A DNA stretch of 62,609 nt, counting the filler. It is 3 parts of 3 records of this genome, joined end to end, with 100 filler letters (N's around TTAATTAATTAA, not from the genome) between each part and the next. Parts side by side here need not be neighbours in the genome. Positions count along the whole stretch, not along the records: positions 1 to 22,124 come from SRR20825006_2543; 2 more parts are not named here. The stretch is one strand, 5' to 3'. The position numbers and the translations under genes are program-made. Shown here piece by piece: positions 1-9,441 of the stretch (position 1 is its first letter; the number at the start of each line of letters is the position of its first letter). A model generated the notes under the pieces. The model did not search any database. It had not been told where the DNA came from and worked only from the letters and a program-made list of their open reading frames with translations.

Positions 1-63
1 TAAGCGTTTCGATTCTGATTCTCTACCGTTTTTTGAACTACCTACACCTTTCTTGTGAGCCAT
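1..63 (-). CDS. rpmA: 50S ribosomal protein L27 (5' part; truncated by window edge)
   Basis: Minus strand from CAT at 61-63 reads MAHKKGVGSSKNGRESESKRL, the canonical L27 N-terminus; lies directly downstream of rplU. Confidence 0.97.
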   Translation of the reverse strand, partial: MAHKKGVGSSKNGRESESKRL

Positions 64-87
64 GATATATAAATTTTAGTTCTTTTC

Positions 88-627
88 TTATTTGCTTAAC
101 GCTTCGATCAACTCGGCCTTCTTCATGGAAGAGTAACCGGTAATTTCCTTGGCTTTTGCCATATCCCTTAATTCAGCAACAGTTTTGGAGCTCAAGTCCT
201 CGGTTGCTTTTGGAGCCTCTTTCTTAGGTGCTTCCGCTTTTTTCTCAGCTTTTTTAGGTTCTGCTGCTGGCTTGGATTCTTCCTTTGCCTTTGCAGGAGC
301 TGCTTTCTTGGCACCTTTTGTCAAAATTCCTTCAACAACGATCTCTGTCAAATATTGTCTGTGACCGTTCTTTTTCTGGTAACCTTTACGTCTTTTCTTT
401 TTAAAGACGATGACCTTGTCTCCTTTTAGGTGCTTTACAACTTTGGCCTCAACAGCCGCACCATCTATGACCGGGGCGCCAATGGTTACGTTATCACCAT
501 CTTCCAAAAGAAGAACTTTATCGAAAGTGATTTTATCACCTTCTTCTCCTTGCAAACGGTGAACGTACACTTTTTGGTCTTTAGCAACTTTAAATTGCTG
601 CCCTGCCATCTCTACAATTGCGTACAT
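88..627 (-). CDS. rplU: 50S ribosomal protein L21 with C-terminal Ala/Lys/Pro linker and Rho_N-like domain
   Basis: MYAIVE..GQQFKV and KKKRRKGY.KKNGHRQ motifs; extra C-terminal TVAELRDMAKAKEITGYSSMKKAELIEAL. Confidence 0.97.
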   Translation of the reverse strand: MYAIVEMAGQQFKVAKDQKVYVHRLQGEEGDKITFDKVLLLEDGDNVTIGAPVIDGAAVEAKVVKHLKGDKVIVFKKKRRKGYQKKNGHRQYLTEIVVEGILTKGAKKAAPAKAKEESKPAAEPKKAEKKAEAPKKEAPKATEDLSSKTVAELRDMAKAKEITGYSSMKKAELIEALSK

Positions 628-677
628 AATGCGTTAATTAGATTAAAATTATTGCGCTTTATCAAAATTAGCGGGTG

Positions 678-685
678 CAAATATA
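678..685 (-). promoter_or_regulatory. Bacteroidetes sigma-A -7 element for rplU-rpmA
   Basis: TATATTTG on minus strand matches TAnnTTTG, about 50 nt upstream of the rplU start. Confidence 0.65.
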
Positions 686-722
686 CTGCTAAATCCTTAA
701 TCCACAAGTATTCCTCTCCAAT

Positions 723-1199
723 TTAACCCATAATTTTTTTGGAATTGTTGCTCGTTTTAAATAGTTGCATAAATGAAAGTGTCAAAACCAAGGTAGAGGC
801 AAACCCCATAATGGCCACGGTAAAAAACACTATTCCTTGAAAATTCTTGTAATCATTGGACCAGGCAACCGAAAGTTTGTCCAGAAAAGCACTATCCAAT
901 TCCGTTGCATAAAAGGCAAAAAAAATGGTGAACAACAATGTTGCGATAAAGCCAGTGGTTATACCGGCCGTGAACCCATTTCCATAACTGAAAGACTTAC
1001 CCTGTTTTATCTTGGTATATTTAATGGTCTCATAGATGCCAAAACCTGTTATTATACCATTGAACAGGCTATAAAAAACATTGGTATGCTTGCCCATTAA
1101 GGCCAAAATCAAAAAATACGCAATCAGCACAGCACTGGTGACTATGCCAAAACGAATCGGGAGAGTTAAATTTTTCATATTGTATTTTTTTGAATTCAT
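723..1199 (-). CDS. DUF4199-like four-TM membrane protein (true start possibly 1178)
   Basis: Four hydrophobic segments, SYGNGFTAG motif, Bacteroidetes context. Confidence 0.7.
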   Translation of the reverse strand: MNSKKYNMKNLTLPIRFGIVTSAVLIAYFLILALMGKHTNVFYSLFNGIITGFGIYETIKYTKIKQGKSFSYGNGFTAGITTGFIATLLFTIFFAFYATELDSAFLDKLSVAWSNDYKNFQGIVFFTVAIMGFASTLVLTLSFMQLFKTSNNSKKIMG

Positions 1200-1362
1200 T
1201 GTATAATTTACTGAATGTTTGCGAATTATCCCACTCTTTGAGACTAAAGACCAGGTTAAAATTTACCTGCTGCCCGAAAATATTTTATATTTAGCGTAAC
1301 ATCGATTGATAAATCGATACCAACCTCTTAGCAACATCAATTTTTAAATACTGACTATTAAA

Positions 1363-2685
1363 ATGAAAAAACATTTGTTTACTGCATCTGCCATGCTCTT
1401 TGCAGCAACTAGCCTTTTTGCACAAGAGGTGGTTTTTGAAGAGTATGACCTGGACAACGGGCTCCATGTGATCTTACATCAAGACAATGGTGCTCCAGTG
1501 GTGACCACATCGGTGATGTACCATGTGGGATCTAAAGACGAAGACCCGGACAAAACGGGTTTTGCACACTTTTTTGAACATCTGCTCTTCGAGGGCACCA
1601 AAAACATTGAACGAGGCCAGTGGGACCAAATAACCGCGGCCAACGGAGGGAGAAACAATGCCAATACCTTTTTGGATCGCACCTACTATTATGAGGTTTT
1701 CCCTTCCAATAGTTTGGAAGTTGGACTTTGGTTGGAGTCAGAGCGATTAATGCATCCCATTATTGGCCAAGTTGGCGTAGACACCCAAAAAGAAGTGGTA
1801 CAAGAAGAAAGAAGACTCAGGACCGACAATGCCCCCTATGGTGCATTTTTTGAGCAAATCTTGAAAAACCTCTACACAAAGCACTCTTATAGATGGGGAG
1901 TAATCGGTTCTTTAGACCATTTGGCAAGCGCCACTTTGGAGGACTTCAAAAAATTCAACCAAACTTATTATGTTCCCAACAATGGAGTATTGGTCGTAGC
2001 GGGTGATTTTGAAACCGCAAAAACCAAAAAAATGATAGAGGACTATTTTGGCCCCATTCCAAGGGGAGCCGAAATAAAGAGACCCAATATCAAGGAAGAC
2101 CCTATCACCGAGACAAAGTTTGCCAAATATTACGACCCGAATATTCAAATTCCGGCCATTCTATTGGCATACAGAACGCCTGGACAAGGACAACGGGACG
2201 CTTATGTCATTAACATGATCTCCACTTATCTGAGCGATGGTGAAAGTTCCAAGTTGTACAAAAAATTGGTTGACGAGAAAAAAATCGCACTTCAAATACT
2301 TTCTGTTCCCATTGATGCCGAAGATTACAGCTCGTACATTGTTGGTGGTCTTCCTGTTGGAGACAATTCCATTCAAGATATCAAAAAAGAAATCGATGAA
2401 GAGATTTTGAAGCTTCAAATGGAATTGATTTCCGAAAAAGATTATCAAAAACTTCAAAACAAGTTCGAAAATCAATTCGTGAATGCCAACAGCAGCGTGG
2501 AAGGCATTGCAAATTCCTTGGCCGAAAACTATATGCTAAAGGATGACACGAACCTCATCAATACCGAAATAGATATCTACCGCTCCATTACCCGCGAGGA
2601 AATCATGGAAGTGGCCAAAAAATATTTGAAGGTGAACCAACGTGTTGAGTTGGAATATTTGCCAGAACAAAAAGACGCTAATTAA
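1363..2685 (+). CDS. M16 family zinc peptidase, catalytic subunit
   Basis: Signal peptide; YHVGSKDE..GFAHFFEHLLF (inverted HxxEH zinc motif). Confidence 0.95.
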   Translation: MKKHLFTASAMLFAATSLFAQEVVFEEYDLDNGLHVILHQDNGAPVVTTSVMYHVGSKDEDPDKTGFAHFFEHLLFEGTKNIERGQWDQITAANGGRNNANTFLDRTYYYEVFPSNSLEVGLWLESERLMHPIIGQVGVDTQKEVVQEERRLRTDNAPYGAFFEQILKNLYTKHSYRWGVIGSLDHLASATLEDFKKFNQTYYVPNNGVLVVAGDFETAKTKKMIEDYFGPIPRGAEIKRPNIKEDPITETKFAKYYDPNIQIPAILLAYRTPGQGQRDAYVINMISTYLSDGESSKLYKKLVDEKKIALQILSVPIDAEDYSSYIVGGLPVGDNSIQDIKKEIDEEILKLQMELISEKDYQKLQNKFENQFVNANSSVEGIANSLAENYMLKDDTNLINTEIDIYRSITREEIMEVAKKYLKVNQRVELEYLPEQKDAN

Positions 2686-2686
2686 G

Positions 2687-4759
2687 ATGAAAAAGTATTT
2701 AGTTTTAGCTGCGCTGTCCTTGTTCATGACAGCCACATACGCACAGATAGACAGAAGCACGCCCCCTGAACCAGGGCCTGCACCAAAAATAAATTTAAAA
2801 GAACCCGCCCGTTTTGAACTAAAGAATGGTTTGAAGGTACTCGTAGTGGAAAATCACAAGTTGCCACGGGTCCGAATCCAGCTGTCCATCGACAACCCAC
2901 CTATTTTGGAAGGAGACAAAGCAGGAGTTTCCGCCTTGACGGGAAGCATGCTCGGCAAAGGATCCAAAAACATCCCAAAAGACGAGTTTTATGAAGAAGT
3001 GGATTTTTTAGGAGCCAATATTTACATCGGTGAGCAAAGCGCCTTTGCAAGTTCCTTATCCAAATATTTTCCAAGGGTTCTTGAGTTGATGGCAGATGCC
3101 GCTATCAACCCGAACTTTCTCCAAGAAGAGTTTGAAAAGGAAAAAGAAAAGGTGATTACCGGAATCAAATCGGAAGAAAAGGATGTTTCAGCGATTGCGG
3201 ACAGGGTTCAAGCAGCGTTAGCGTATGGCAAAAACCACCCGTATGGCGAATTTATGACCGAAGAAACGGTAAACAATGTTTCCCTAGTGGATGTGGAGCA
3301 GTTCTACCGGTCCTATTTTGTTCCAGCCAATGCCTATTTAGTAGTAATTGGTGATGTGGAGTTTGACACAGTTAAAGAACTTGTCACAGAAGCATTTACG
3401 CCATGGACCAAGGCCGTACCGCCATCCCTCAGCTATTCGGACCCACAAGACGTGCAGTACACACAAATCAACTTTGTTGATGTTCCGAACGCCGTTCAAT
3501 CCGAAGTAGCAGTGGAAAACATCACGAATTTAAAAATGAAGGACGAGGACTATTTGGATGCTCTTTTAGCCAATAGGATATTGGGCGGTGGATCACAAGC
3601 CCGTCTGTTCAAAAATTTAAGGGAGGACAAAGGGTATACCTATGGTTCGTATTCTGGTATCCGTGCCAATAAATTCAGTCCAATGCGGTTCAATGCCTAC
3701 GCCCAAGTTAGAAATGCCGTAACCGATAGCTCGGTGGTCGAAATTTTGAAAGAAATCGATAAAATGACCTCCGAACCCGTATCCGATGAAGAATTGGCCA
3801 ATGCCAAGGCCAAATATGCCGGTAGTTTTGTAATGGCTTTGGAAAAACCTGAAACAGTTGCAGAATACGCATTGAACATTGAAACAGAAAATCTTCCAAA
3901 AGACTTTTACGAAACGTATCTGGAGCGTTTGGACGCCATCTCAAAAGAAGATGTACTTAAAGCCTCCAAAAAATACTTTTCAACCTCCAATGCCCGTGTA
4001 GTGGTCACCGGAAAAGGTACGGATGTGCTAGAAAATTTGAAAAAAGTGAATTTTAATGGAAAAGCTGTTCCCGTTCTTTACTATGACAAATATGCCAATA
4101 AAACAGATAAACCAGAATATGGCGCAGCTATACCCGAAGGAATCGATGCCAATACTGTTTTGGAGAATTATATTGAGGCCATCGGCGGAAAAGCCAAATT
4201 GGACGCCGTGGATTCGTATTCAATGGTGGCAGAAGCCGAAATGCAGGGCATGAAATTGGAGCTTGAAATGAAGAAAACAACCCAAGACCAGTTTATGCAA
4301 AACATAAAAGTACAGGGCAACTCTATGCAAAAACAGGTTTTGGATGGTGACTCCGGATATATGGTAATGCAGGGTCAACGCAAAGACCTTTCCGCTGAAG
4401 AAGTCGCAAAAATCAAAGAAGAATCAGCGGCATTCCCAGAGCTGAACTATTTGGCCGCAGGCGATGTTACGCTCGAAGGAGTTGAACCCGTTGGCGACAA
4501 AAAAGCGTACAAATTGAAGATAAGCGATCGAAAAACCGCTTTTTATGACATGGAAACAGGACTAAAGGTACAGGAAATCGTTACCCAAGAAGTGCAAGGA
4601 CAGCAAATGACAAGTACTATTGGATACGGAGATTACCAAGAAGTTTCCGGAATCAAGTTCCCATTTAAGTTGATGCAGAGCATGGGGCCACAGAACATGG
4701 AGTTTATTGTGAAAGAAATTAAGGTGAACGAAGGCGTTGAAGCCTCAGACTTTAAATAA
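2687..4759 (+). CDS. M16 family peptidase, non-catalytic partner subunit with C-terminal extension
   Basis: Start re-assigned to ATG 2687 (MKKYLV signal peptide); LKNGLKV and RLFKNLREDKGYTYG motifs; no HxxEH. Confidence 0.9.
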   Translation: MKKYLVLAALSLFMTATYAQIDRSTPPEPGPAPKINLKEPARFELKNGLKVLVVENHKLPRVRIQLSIDNPPILEGDKAGVSALTGSMLGKGSKNIPKDEFYEEVDFLGANIYIGEQSAFASSLSKYFPRVLELMADAAINPNFLQEEFEKEKEKVITGIKSEEKDVSAIADRVQAALAYGKNHPYGEFMTEETVNNVSLVDVEQFYRSYFVPANAYLVVIGDVEFDTVKELVTEAFTPWTKAVPPSLSYSDPQDVQYTQINFVDVPNAVQSEVAVENITNLKMKDEDYLDALLANRILGGGSQARLFKNLREDKGYTYGSYSGIRANKFSPMRFNAYAQVRNAVTDSSVVEILKEIDKMTSEPVSDEELANAKAKYAGSFVMALEKPETVAEYALNIETENLPKDFYETYLERLDAISKEDVLKASKKYFSTSNARVVVTGKGTDVLENLKKVNFNGKAVPVLYYDKYANKTDKPEYGAAIPEGIDANTVLENYIEAIGGKAKLDAVDSYSMVAEAEMQGMKLELEMKKTTQDQFMQNIKVQGNSMQKQVLDGDSGYMVMQGQRKDLSAEEVAKIKEESAAFPELNYLAAGDVTLEGVEPVGDKKAYKLKISDRKTAFYDMETGLKVQEIVTQEVQGQQMTSTIGYGDYQEVSGIKFPFKLMQSMGPQNMEFIVKEIKVNEGVEASDFK

Positions 4760-4778
4760 TCAAAACTCTTAATAACGT

Positions 4779-4809
4779 AAAAAGGCGCTCTAAATAGCGC
4801 CTTTTTTTT
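4779..4809 (+). terminator. Intrinsic terminator after M16 pair
   Basis: AAAAAGGCGCT-CTAAAT-AGCGCCTTTTTTTT hairpin plus T tract. Confidence 0.85.
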
Positions 4810-4904
4810 GTGCCGTACTTTATAACCGTCGCTTAACACTTATTAGATATTTATTATGCGTTGATATTCCACATATCGTTATTTTTGTAACTAAACAATA
4901 CACC

Positions 4905-5339
4905 ATGAGAAAAGTATTACCCTTGCTGATATGCACCATTTTGCTTTTGAGTTTTTCCTGCAAGCAAGAGAAAAAAGCCTCTGAAGAACAAACCCAAATG
5001 AAAGAGGTTATGGCCATTCACGACGAGGTGATGCCTAAAATGAGTACGATAGGTAAATTGGTCGGAGAACTTAAGCCAAAAGTAGATTCCACCGAAATGG
5101 GCCAAAAATATGAAGTGGCCATGAAAGACCTTCAAGATGCCAACACCGCAATGATGGATTGGATGAAAGATTTTGGCGATCGCTTTAACCATGAGGAAAT
5201 CTTGAACGGCAAGGAACTCTCCGAAGAAAAACAACAATGGCTGGATGAGGAAGAAGAAAAGGTAAAAGTGGTGAAGGAAAAAATCAATGGTAGTATCGCT
5301 CGCGCCGAAGCTCTATTGACCAAGGATACAGTACAGTAA
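4905..5339 (+). CDS. Hypothetical helical lipoprotein
   Basis: Lipobox SFSC; VMAIHDEVMPKM and AMMDWM motifs typical of a conserved Bacteroidetes family. Confidence 0.8.
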   Translation: MRKVLPLLICTILLLSFSCKQEKKASEEQTQMKEVMAIHDEVMPKMSTIGKLVGELKPKVDSTEMGQKYEVAMKDLQDANTAMMDWMKDFGDRFNHEEILNGKELSEEKQQWLDEEEEKVKVVKEKINGSIARAEALLTKDTVQ

Positions 5340-5341
5340 TT

Positions 5342-5899
5342 TTATTTTTTCCAACGCAGACTTTCCATGATCCTCCGAATATCGTTCTGAAGGTACATCG
5401 CCGCAGGCAGAATGGAATCGTAATTAGGTTTGGCATAAAAATACAAGGAACCCGTCACAAAGTGATTGATGCTATCCGTTACATAAAACTGGGATTGTGA
5501 GGCGGCGTTTCCACTTACTTCGTAGAACATGCCATAAACCCCGTCTTCTCTATTTATAAATGGTTGTTCCACTATGTTGTCTGCCTTCACCACATGTTCG
5601 TAAGATAGTTTTTGTGCATCCACAAGCAACGTGTCCAAATTTCCTTTGACAGGTTTATAAGTCAAATAAATGGACCCGTTCATCATAGGATAATCAAGCA
5701 CCATGGAGCAATCTTTGCTTTCCTTTATTTCTGAAAGGGTGTTCTTATCAAAAGTATATACACAATCTGGGCCGGATTCCACATATTCAGCAGTAGGATA
5801 ATCCAATCGCAACATGGCTTTAGGTTTTGGTAATACCTCTTCCTTACATCCTATGAACATTGTTCCTATTAAAATGAGAAATAAAATCTTATGCTTCAT
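5342..5899 (-). CDS. gldD: Gliding motility lipoprotein GldD
   Basis: Lipobox, LPKPKAMLRLDYP, GNAASQSQFYVTDS..HFVTGSLYF...PNYDSI; follows gldE. Confidence 0.95.
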   Translation of the reverse strand: MKHKILFLILIGTMFIGCKEEVLPKPKAMLRLDYPTAEYVESGPDCVYTFDKNTLSEIKESKDCSMVLDYPMMNGSIYLTYKPVKGNLDTLLVDAQKLSYEHVVKADNIVEQPFINREDGVYGMFYEVSGNAASQSQFYVTDSINHFVTGSLYFYAKPNYDSILPAAMYLQNDIRRIMESLRWKK

Positions 5900-7199
5900 G
5901 GGGCAAGGTTACTTTTATGCGTTTCAATCTCTTTTTATCCATACTCTCCACCACAAAAGTATACGTATTGAACAGCACCTTCTCTCCTATCTTCGGAAAA
6001 CTACCTGAAATTTCAAGCACAAATCCGGCAATGGTCTCAGACTCTCCCTTTTTGCTCTCGAACTCATCTTCTTCTTCAATTTTTACCACACGATAAAAAT
6101 CCTTCAGTGTAGTTTTTCCATCAAATACATAGTTATGGTCGTCCAATTTGGAAAATACAAGGTCTTCATCATCAAATTCATCGCTGATATCGCCAACGAT
6201 TTCTTCGATAATATCTTCCAAGGTTACAATTCCCGATGTCCCTCCATACTCATCCACCACAACGGCCAAATGGTTCTTCTTGTCCTGAAACTCCAACAGC
6301 AAGTCGTCCAGCTTTTTGTTCTCTGGAACAAAATAGGGTTCACGGATGAGCGACATCCAGTTAAAGGTTTTTCTATCAATATAGGGCAACAAGTCCTTCA
6401 CATATAGAACGCCCAAAACATTGTCCATATTCTCCGAAAACACGGGAATCCTAGAATAACCGTTCTTTTTTATTTCTAGAAGAACCTCTGGAAATTTCAT
6501 CTTTTCATTGACCGCGAATATATCTATCCGAGGTCGCATTACTTGTTTGGTATCAGTATTCCCAAAGGTTACTATGCCTTCCAAAATCTTCTGTTCTTCT
6601 TTGGTAGTATCACCTTCAGAGGCCAGTTCCAAAGCTTGGGAAAGATGGTTTATGCTCAAATTGGATTTTTTCTTCCCCAATTTATCCTCCATAAACAATG
6701 TAACCGAACGCATCGGAGAACTTAATGGTGTAAAAATATAGCTGAGCACTTTCAACGGAACAGCAATAAACTGAGAAAACTGTACACGGTTACGATTGGC
6801 GTATATTTTGGGGAGAATTTCCCCGAACATCAATATTAAGAAGGTCGCCGTTACCACTTCCAGTAAAAAACGAAGGGTTCCGTCAATATCGGCAAAAATG
6901 GTGTTGCCAATGGAACTGAACAGCAGCACAATTCCGATATTTATGGCATTATTGGTAATTAAAATAGTAGCCAACAGCTTTTTGGGCTTTTCCAATAATT
7001 CCACGATCATTTTTCCGCGGGACGAGTTGCTCTCTTGCATTTCGTTCAAGTCGGTCTGCGAAAGACCAAAAAAGGCCACTTCAGCGGCCGAAATCAATGC
7101 GGAGCAGGCCAAAAGAAGTACTAGTACAACTATCTTTAAAGTGAATATTCCACTGGTAGTGGACAGATAAAATGCCAAACTATGGGGCTCGGGATCCAA
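5889..7199 (-). CDS. gldE: Gliding motility-associated GldE (CNNM/CBS/CorC)
   Basis: MDPEP start, FGEILPK, CBS pair with VVDEYGGTSGIVTLEDIIEEIVG, CorC C-terminus. Confidence 0.95.
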   Translation of the reverse strand: MDPEPHSLAFYLSTTSGIFTLKIVVLVLLLACSALISAAEVAFFGLSQTDLNEMQESNSSRGKMIVELLEKPKKLLATILITNNAINIGIVLLFSSIGNTIFADIDGTLRFLLEVVTATFLILMFGEILPKIYANRNRVQFSQFIAVPLKVLSYIFTPLSSPMRSVTLFMEDKLGKKKSNLSINHLSQALELASEGDTTKEEQKILEGIVTFGNTDTKQVMRPRIDIFAVNEKMKFPEVLLEIKKNGYSRIPVFSENMDNVLGVLYVKDLLPYIDRKTFNWMSLIREPYFVPENKKLDDLLLEFQDKKNHLAVVVDEYGGTSGIVTLEDIIEEIVGDISDEFDDEDLVFSKLDDHNYVFDGKTTLKDFYRVVKIEEEDEFESKKGESETIAGFVLEISGSFPKIGEKVLFNTYTFVVESMDKKRLKRIKVTLPHEA

Positions 7200-7225
7200 T
7201 TTAGTATTGCTTTAGACTTTTTATT

Positions 7226-7693
7226 CTAGAATGGTAGGTCATCCTCTTCTTCTGTATTATCGATTGGTGACGCTGAACCTTGATTGTTGCTGGGCTCTTG
7301 GTAATTGGAAGGTGACGAACCTGAACCTGATGATTGTGCATTTGCCATACTTTCCTTCTTGGTCGTTAAAAAAGTAAAGTCTTGCACGTGCACCTCGGTG
7401 GTATACCTCATATTGCCATCTTCACCTTGCCATTGTCTGTTTTTTAAACGGCCCTCTACGTAAACTTTATCTCCCTTACTGAGATATTTTTCGCATATTT
7501 CCGCTCCTTTGTTGCGCACTACAATATTGTGCCAATCCGTATTGGTCACCTTTTCGCCCGTTTGCCTATTGGTATAGGTTTCGTTGGTGGCCAAAGGAAA
7601 TCTACCGATGCAGTTTCCGCCCTCAAAATAGTGCATTTTTACTTCGTCTCCCAAATGCCCGATCAGCATTACTTTGTTCAATGTTCCGCTCAT
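7226..7693 (-). CDS. ssb: Single-stranded DNA-binding protein
   Basis: LNKVMLIG.LG, VYVEGRL, C-terminal DDLPF. Confidence 0.98.
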   Translation of the reverse strand: MSGTLNKVMLIGHLGDEVKMHYFEGGNCIGRFPLATNETYTNRQTGEKVTNTDWHNIVVRNKGAEICEKYLSKGDKVYVEGRLKNRQWQGEDGNMRYTTEVHVQDFTFLTTKKESMANAQSSGSGSSPSNYQEPSNNQGSASPIDNTEEEDDLPF

Positions 7694-7717
7694 ATCTCTC
7701 TTAATTAATCAAAAGTA

Positions 7718-8755
7718 CTAAATTTTCAATGTCTTGATAAAATCTGCTATCAAAACTGGTACGGGAAAACCTCCGATTTCTTTCCAAGGTGTTCCTTCCT
7801 TTAATATATCAGAAGTTTTTAGGATCCAAAATTGTGTGTGTAAATGTTGATGTGATAGTTTGTGTACGACTGGTTTATTATTATATAATGATAGGGATTC
7901 TGTTTTTGGAAGGTTATTTTTTTTATTGATCAAGGGCCTCAATGCTTCGGCCTGAAGCATTTTCTCCGATTCAATCAATGGAAACTGATATAAATTCTGC
8001 CAAATCCCTTTTCCTGTTCGTTGCTCCAAAATGGTGTTTCCATCATCATCCAATAACACCAAATAATTAAAGTACCTATTCCGAATCTTTGTTTTGTTCA
8101 ACTTAACCGGAAGTTGATCAACTTTGTTCTCTTGGAGCGCAACACAACTTTCTTGTAGCGGACACAGCAAACAATATGGGTTTTTTGGTGCACATTGTAT
8201 TGCGCCGAACTCCATGATCCCTTGGTTGTAATCCCGGATGTTCTCCGGATCCATCACTTCACGAGCAAGTTCTTTAAAATATTTGATGCCCTCGGTACTA
8301 TTTATAGGTATATCTATTCCAAAATATCGTGACAAAACACGGTACACGTTGCCATCCACTACGGGTTCCGGAACATCAAAGCAGAAAGATGCAATGGCAC
8401 TTGCCGTATAATCACCCACTCCTTTTAACGATTTTAAGCCCTTGTAGGTTTCGGGAAACTTCCCCTCAAAATCCTCCGCCACCATTTTAGCCGTTGTGTG
8501 CAAATTGCGTGCCCGGGAATAATACCCGAGTCCCTGCCACAGTTTCAACACCTGTTCCTCGGGGGCATTGGCAAGATCGTGAACGGTGGGAAAGGCTTCC
8601 ACAAACCTTAAGTAATAAGGCATTCCCTGAGCAACGCGGGTCTGTTGAAGAATAATTTCCGACAGCCAAACTTTGTACGGGTCACGCGTTTGTCTCCAAG
8701 GAAGATCGCGTTGATGTTCACGGTACCAATTCAGTATTTTTGGGGCAAAAGTCAT
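7718..8755 (-). CDS. mutY: A/G-specific adenine glycosylase
   Basis: RDLPWR..DPY.VWLSEIILQQT, WQGLGYYSRARN, HhH LKGVGDYTA, 4-Cys FeS motif. Confidence 0.98.
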   Translation of the reverse strand: MTFAPKILNWYREHQRDLPWRQTRDPYKVWLSEIILQQTRVAQGMPYYLRFVEAFPTVHDLANAPEEQVLKLWQGLGYYSRARNLHTTAKMVAEDFEGKFPETYKGLKSLKGVGDYTASAIASFCFDVPEPVVDGNVYRVLSRYFGIDIPINSTEGIKYFKELAREVMDPENIRDYNQGIMEFGAIQCAPKNPYCLLCPLQESCVALQENKVDQLPVKLNKTKIRNRYFNYLVLLDDDGNTILEQRTGKGIWQNLYQFPLIESEKMLQAEALRPLINKKNNLPKTESLSLYNNKPVVHKLSHQHLHTQFWILKTSDILKEGTPWKEIGGFPVPVLIADFIKTLKI

Positions 8756-8836
8756 GCAAGAAAGTAATAAAGCCCAAATGTATCAGTTTATATACTTAAA
8801 ATTAAAGGGTTAAAGGGAAAGATTAATTATAATGTT

Positions 8837-8844
8837 TATATTTG
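8837..8844 (+). promoter_or_regulatory. Bacteroidetes -7 promoter element for HU-bS22
   Basis: TATATTTG matches TAnnTTTG, 35 nt upstream of the HU start. Confidence 0.65.
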
Positions 8845-8879
8845 CAAGCCGAAAAAAATTAGAAAATTAATAATACAAA

Positions 8880-9170
8880 ATGACGAAAGCAGATATTGTA
8901 ACTAGGATCTCGGAGAAACTAGGTATTGAAAAAGGAGATGTGCAAGCGACAGTGGAATCCTTTATGGAAGAAGTAAAATCATCCTTGGAGAATGGTGATA
9001 ATGTTTATTTAAGAGGTTTTGGTAGCTTTATCATCAAGACCAGAGCGGAAAAAACAGGTAGGAATATCTCTAAGAACACTACCATTAAAATTCCTGCACA
9101 CAATATCCCTGCATTCAAGCCAGCCAAAGTTTTTGTGGAAGGCGTAAAGACTAACGTACAAGTAAAATAA
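8880..9170 (+). CDS. HU/IHF family DNA-binding protein
   Basis: MTKADIV, LRGFGSF, KTGRNI, PAFKP. Confidence 0.96.
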   Translation: MTKADIVTRISEKLGIEKGDVQATVESFMEEVKSSLENGDNVYLRGFGSFIIKTRAEKTGRNISKNTTIKIPAHNIPAFKPAKVFVEGVKTNVQVK

Positions 9171-9199
9171 TATAATTAACAACACTAAAGCAAGAGCAT

Positions 9200-9289
9200 A
9201 TGCCGAGTGGAAAGAAAAGAAAAAGACATAAGGTAGCCACGCACAAGCGTAAGAAGCGCAGAAGAGCTAACCGACACAAGAAAAAGTAG
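9200..9289 (+). CDS. 30S ribosomal protein bS22 (AURKAIP1/COX24/mS38-like), 29 aa; absent from ORF track
   Basis: Read manually: MPSGKKRKRHKVATHKRKKRRRANRHKKK*; A-rich leader; terminator overlaps the stop. Confidence 0.88.
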   Translation: MPSGKKRKRHKVATHKRKKRRRANRHKKK

Positions 9290-9307
9290 TTGTTTCAACT
9301 ACTTTTT
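9281..9307 (+). terminator. Terminator hairpin after bS22
   Basis: Perfect 12-bp inverted repeat AAAAAGTAGTTG-TTT-CAACTACTTTTT. Confidence 0.8.
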
Positions 9308-9441
9308 CGTTTTACCCTATCACGTTCTTTGACATAGAGATTCAAGAAACGAATTTCAATCGGTCCGAAAAATGGCCGATTCCATATATTGTTTAATCAT
9401 TTATCCCGAAATTCATGCGGGATAAATAAAAATCGATTCAG

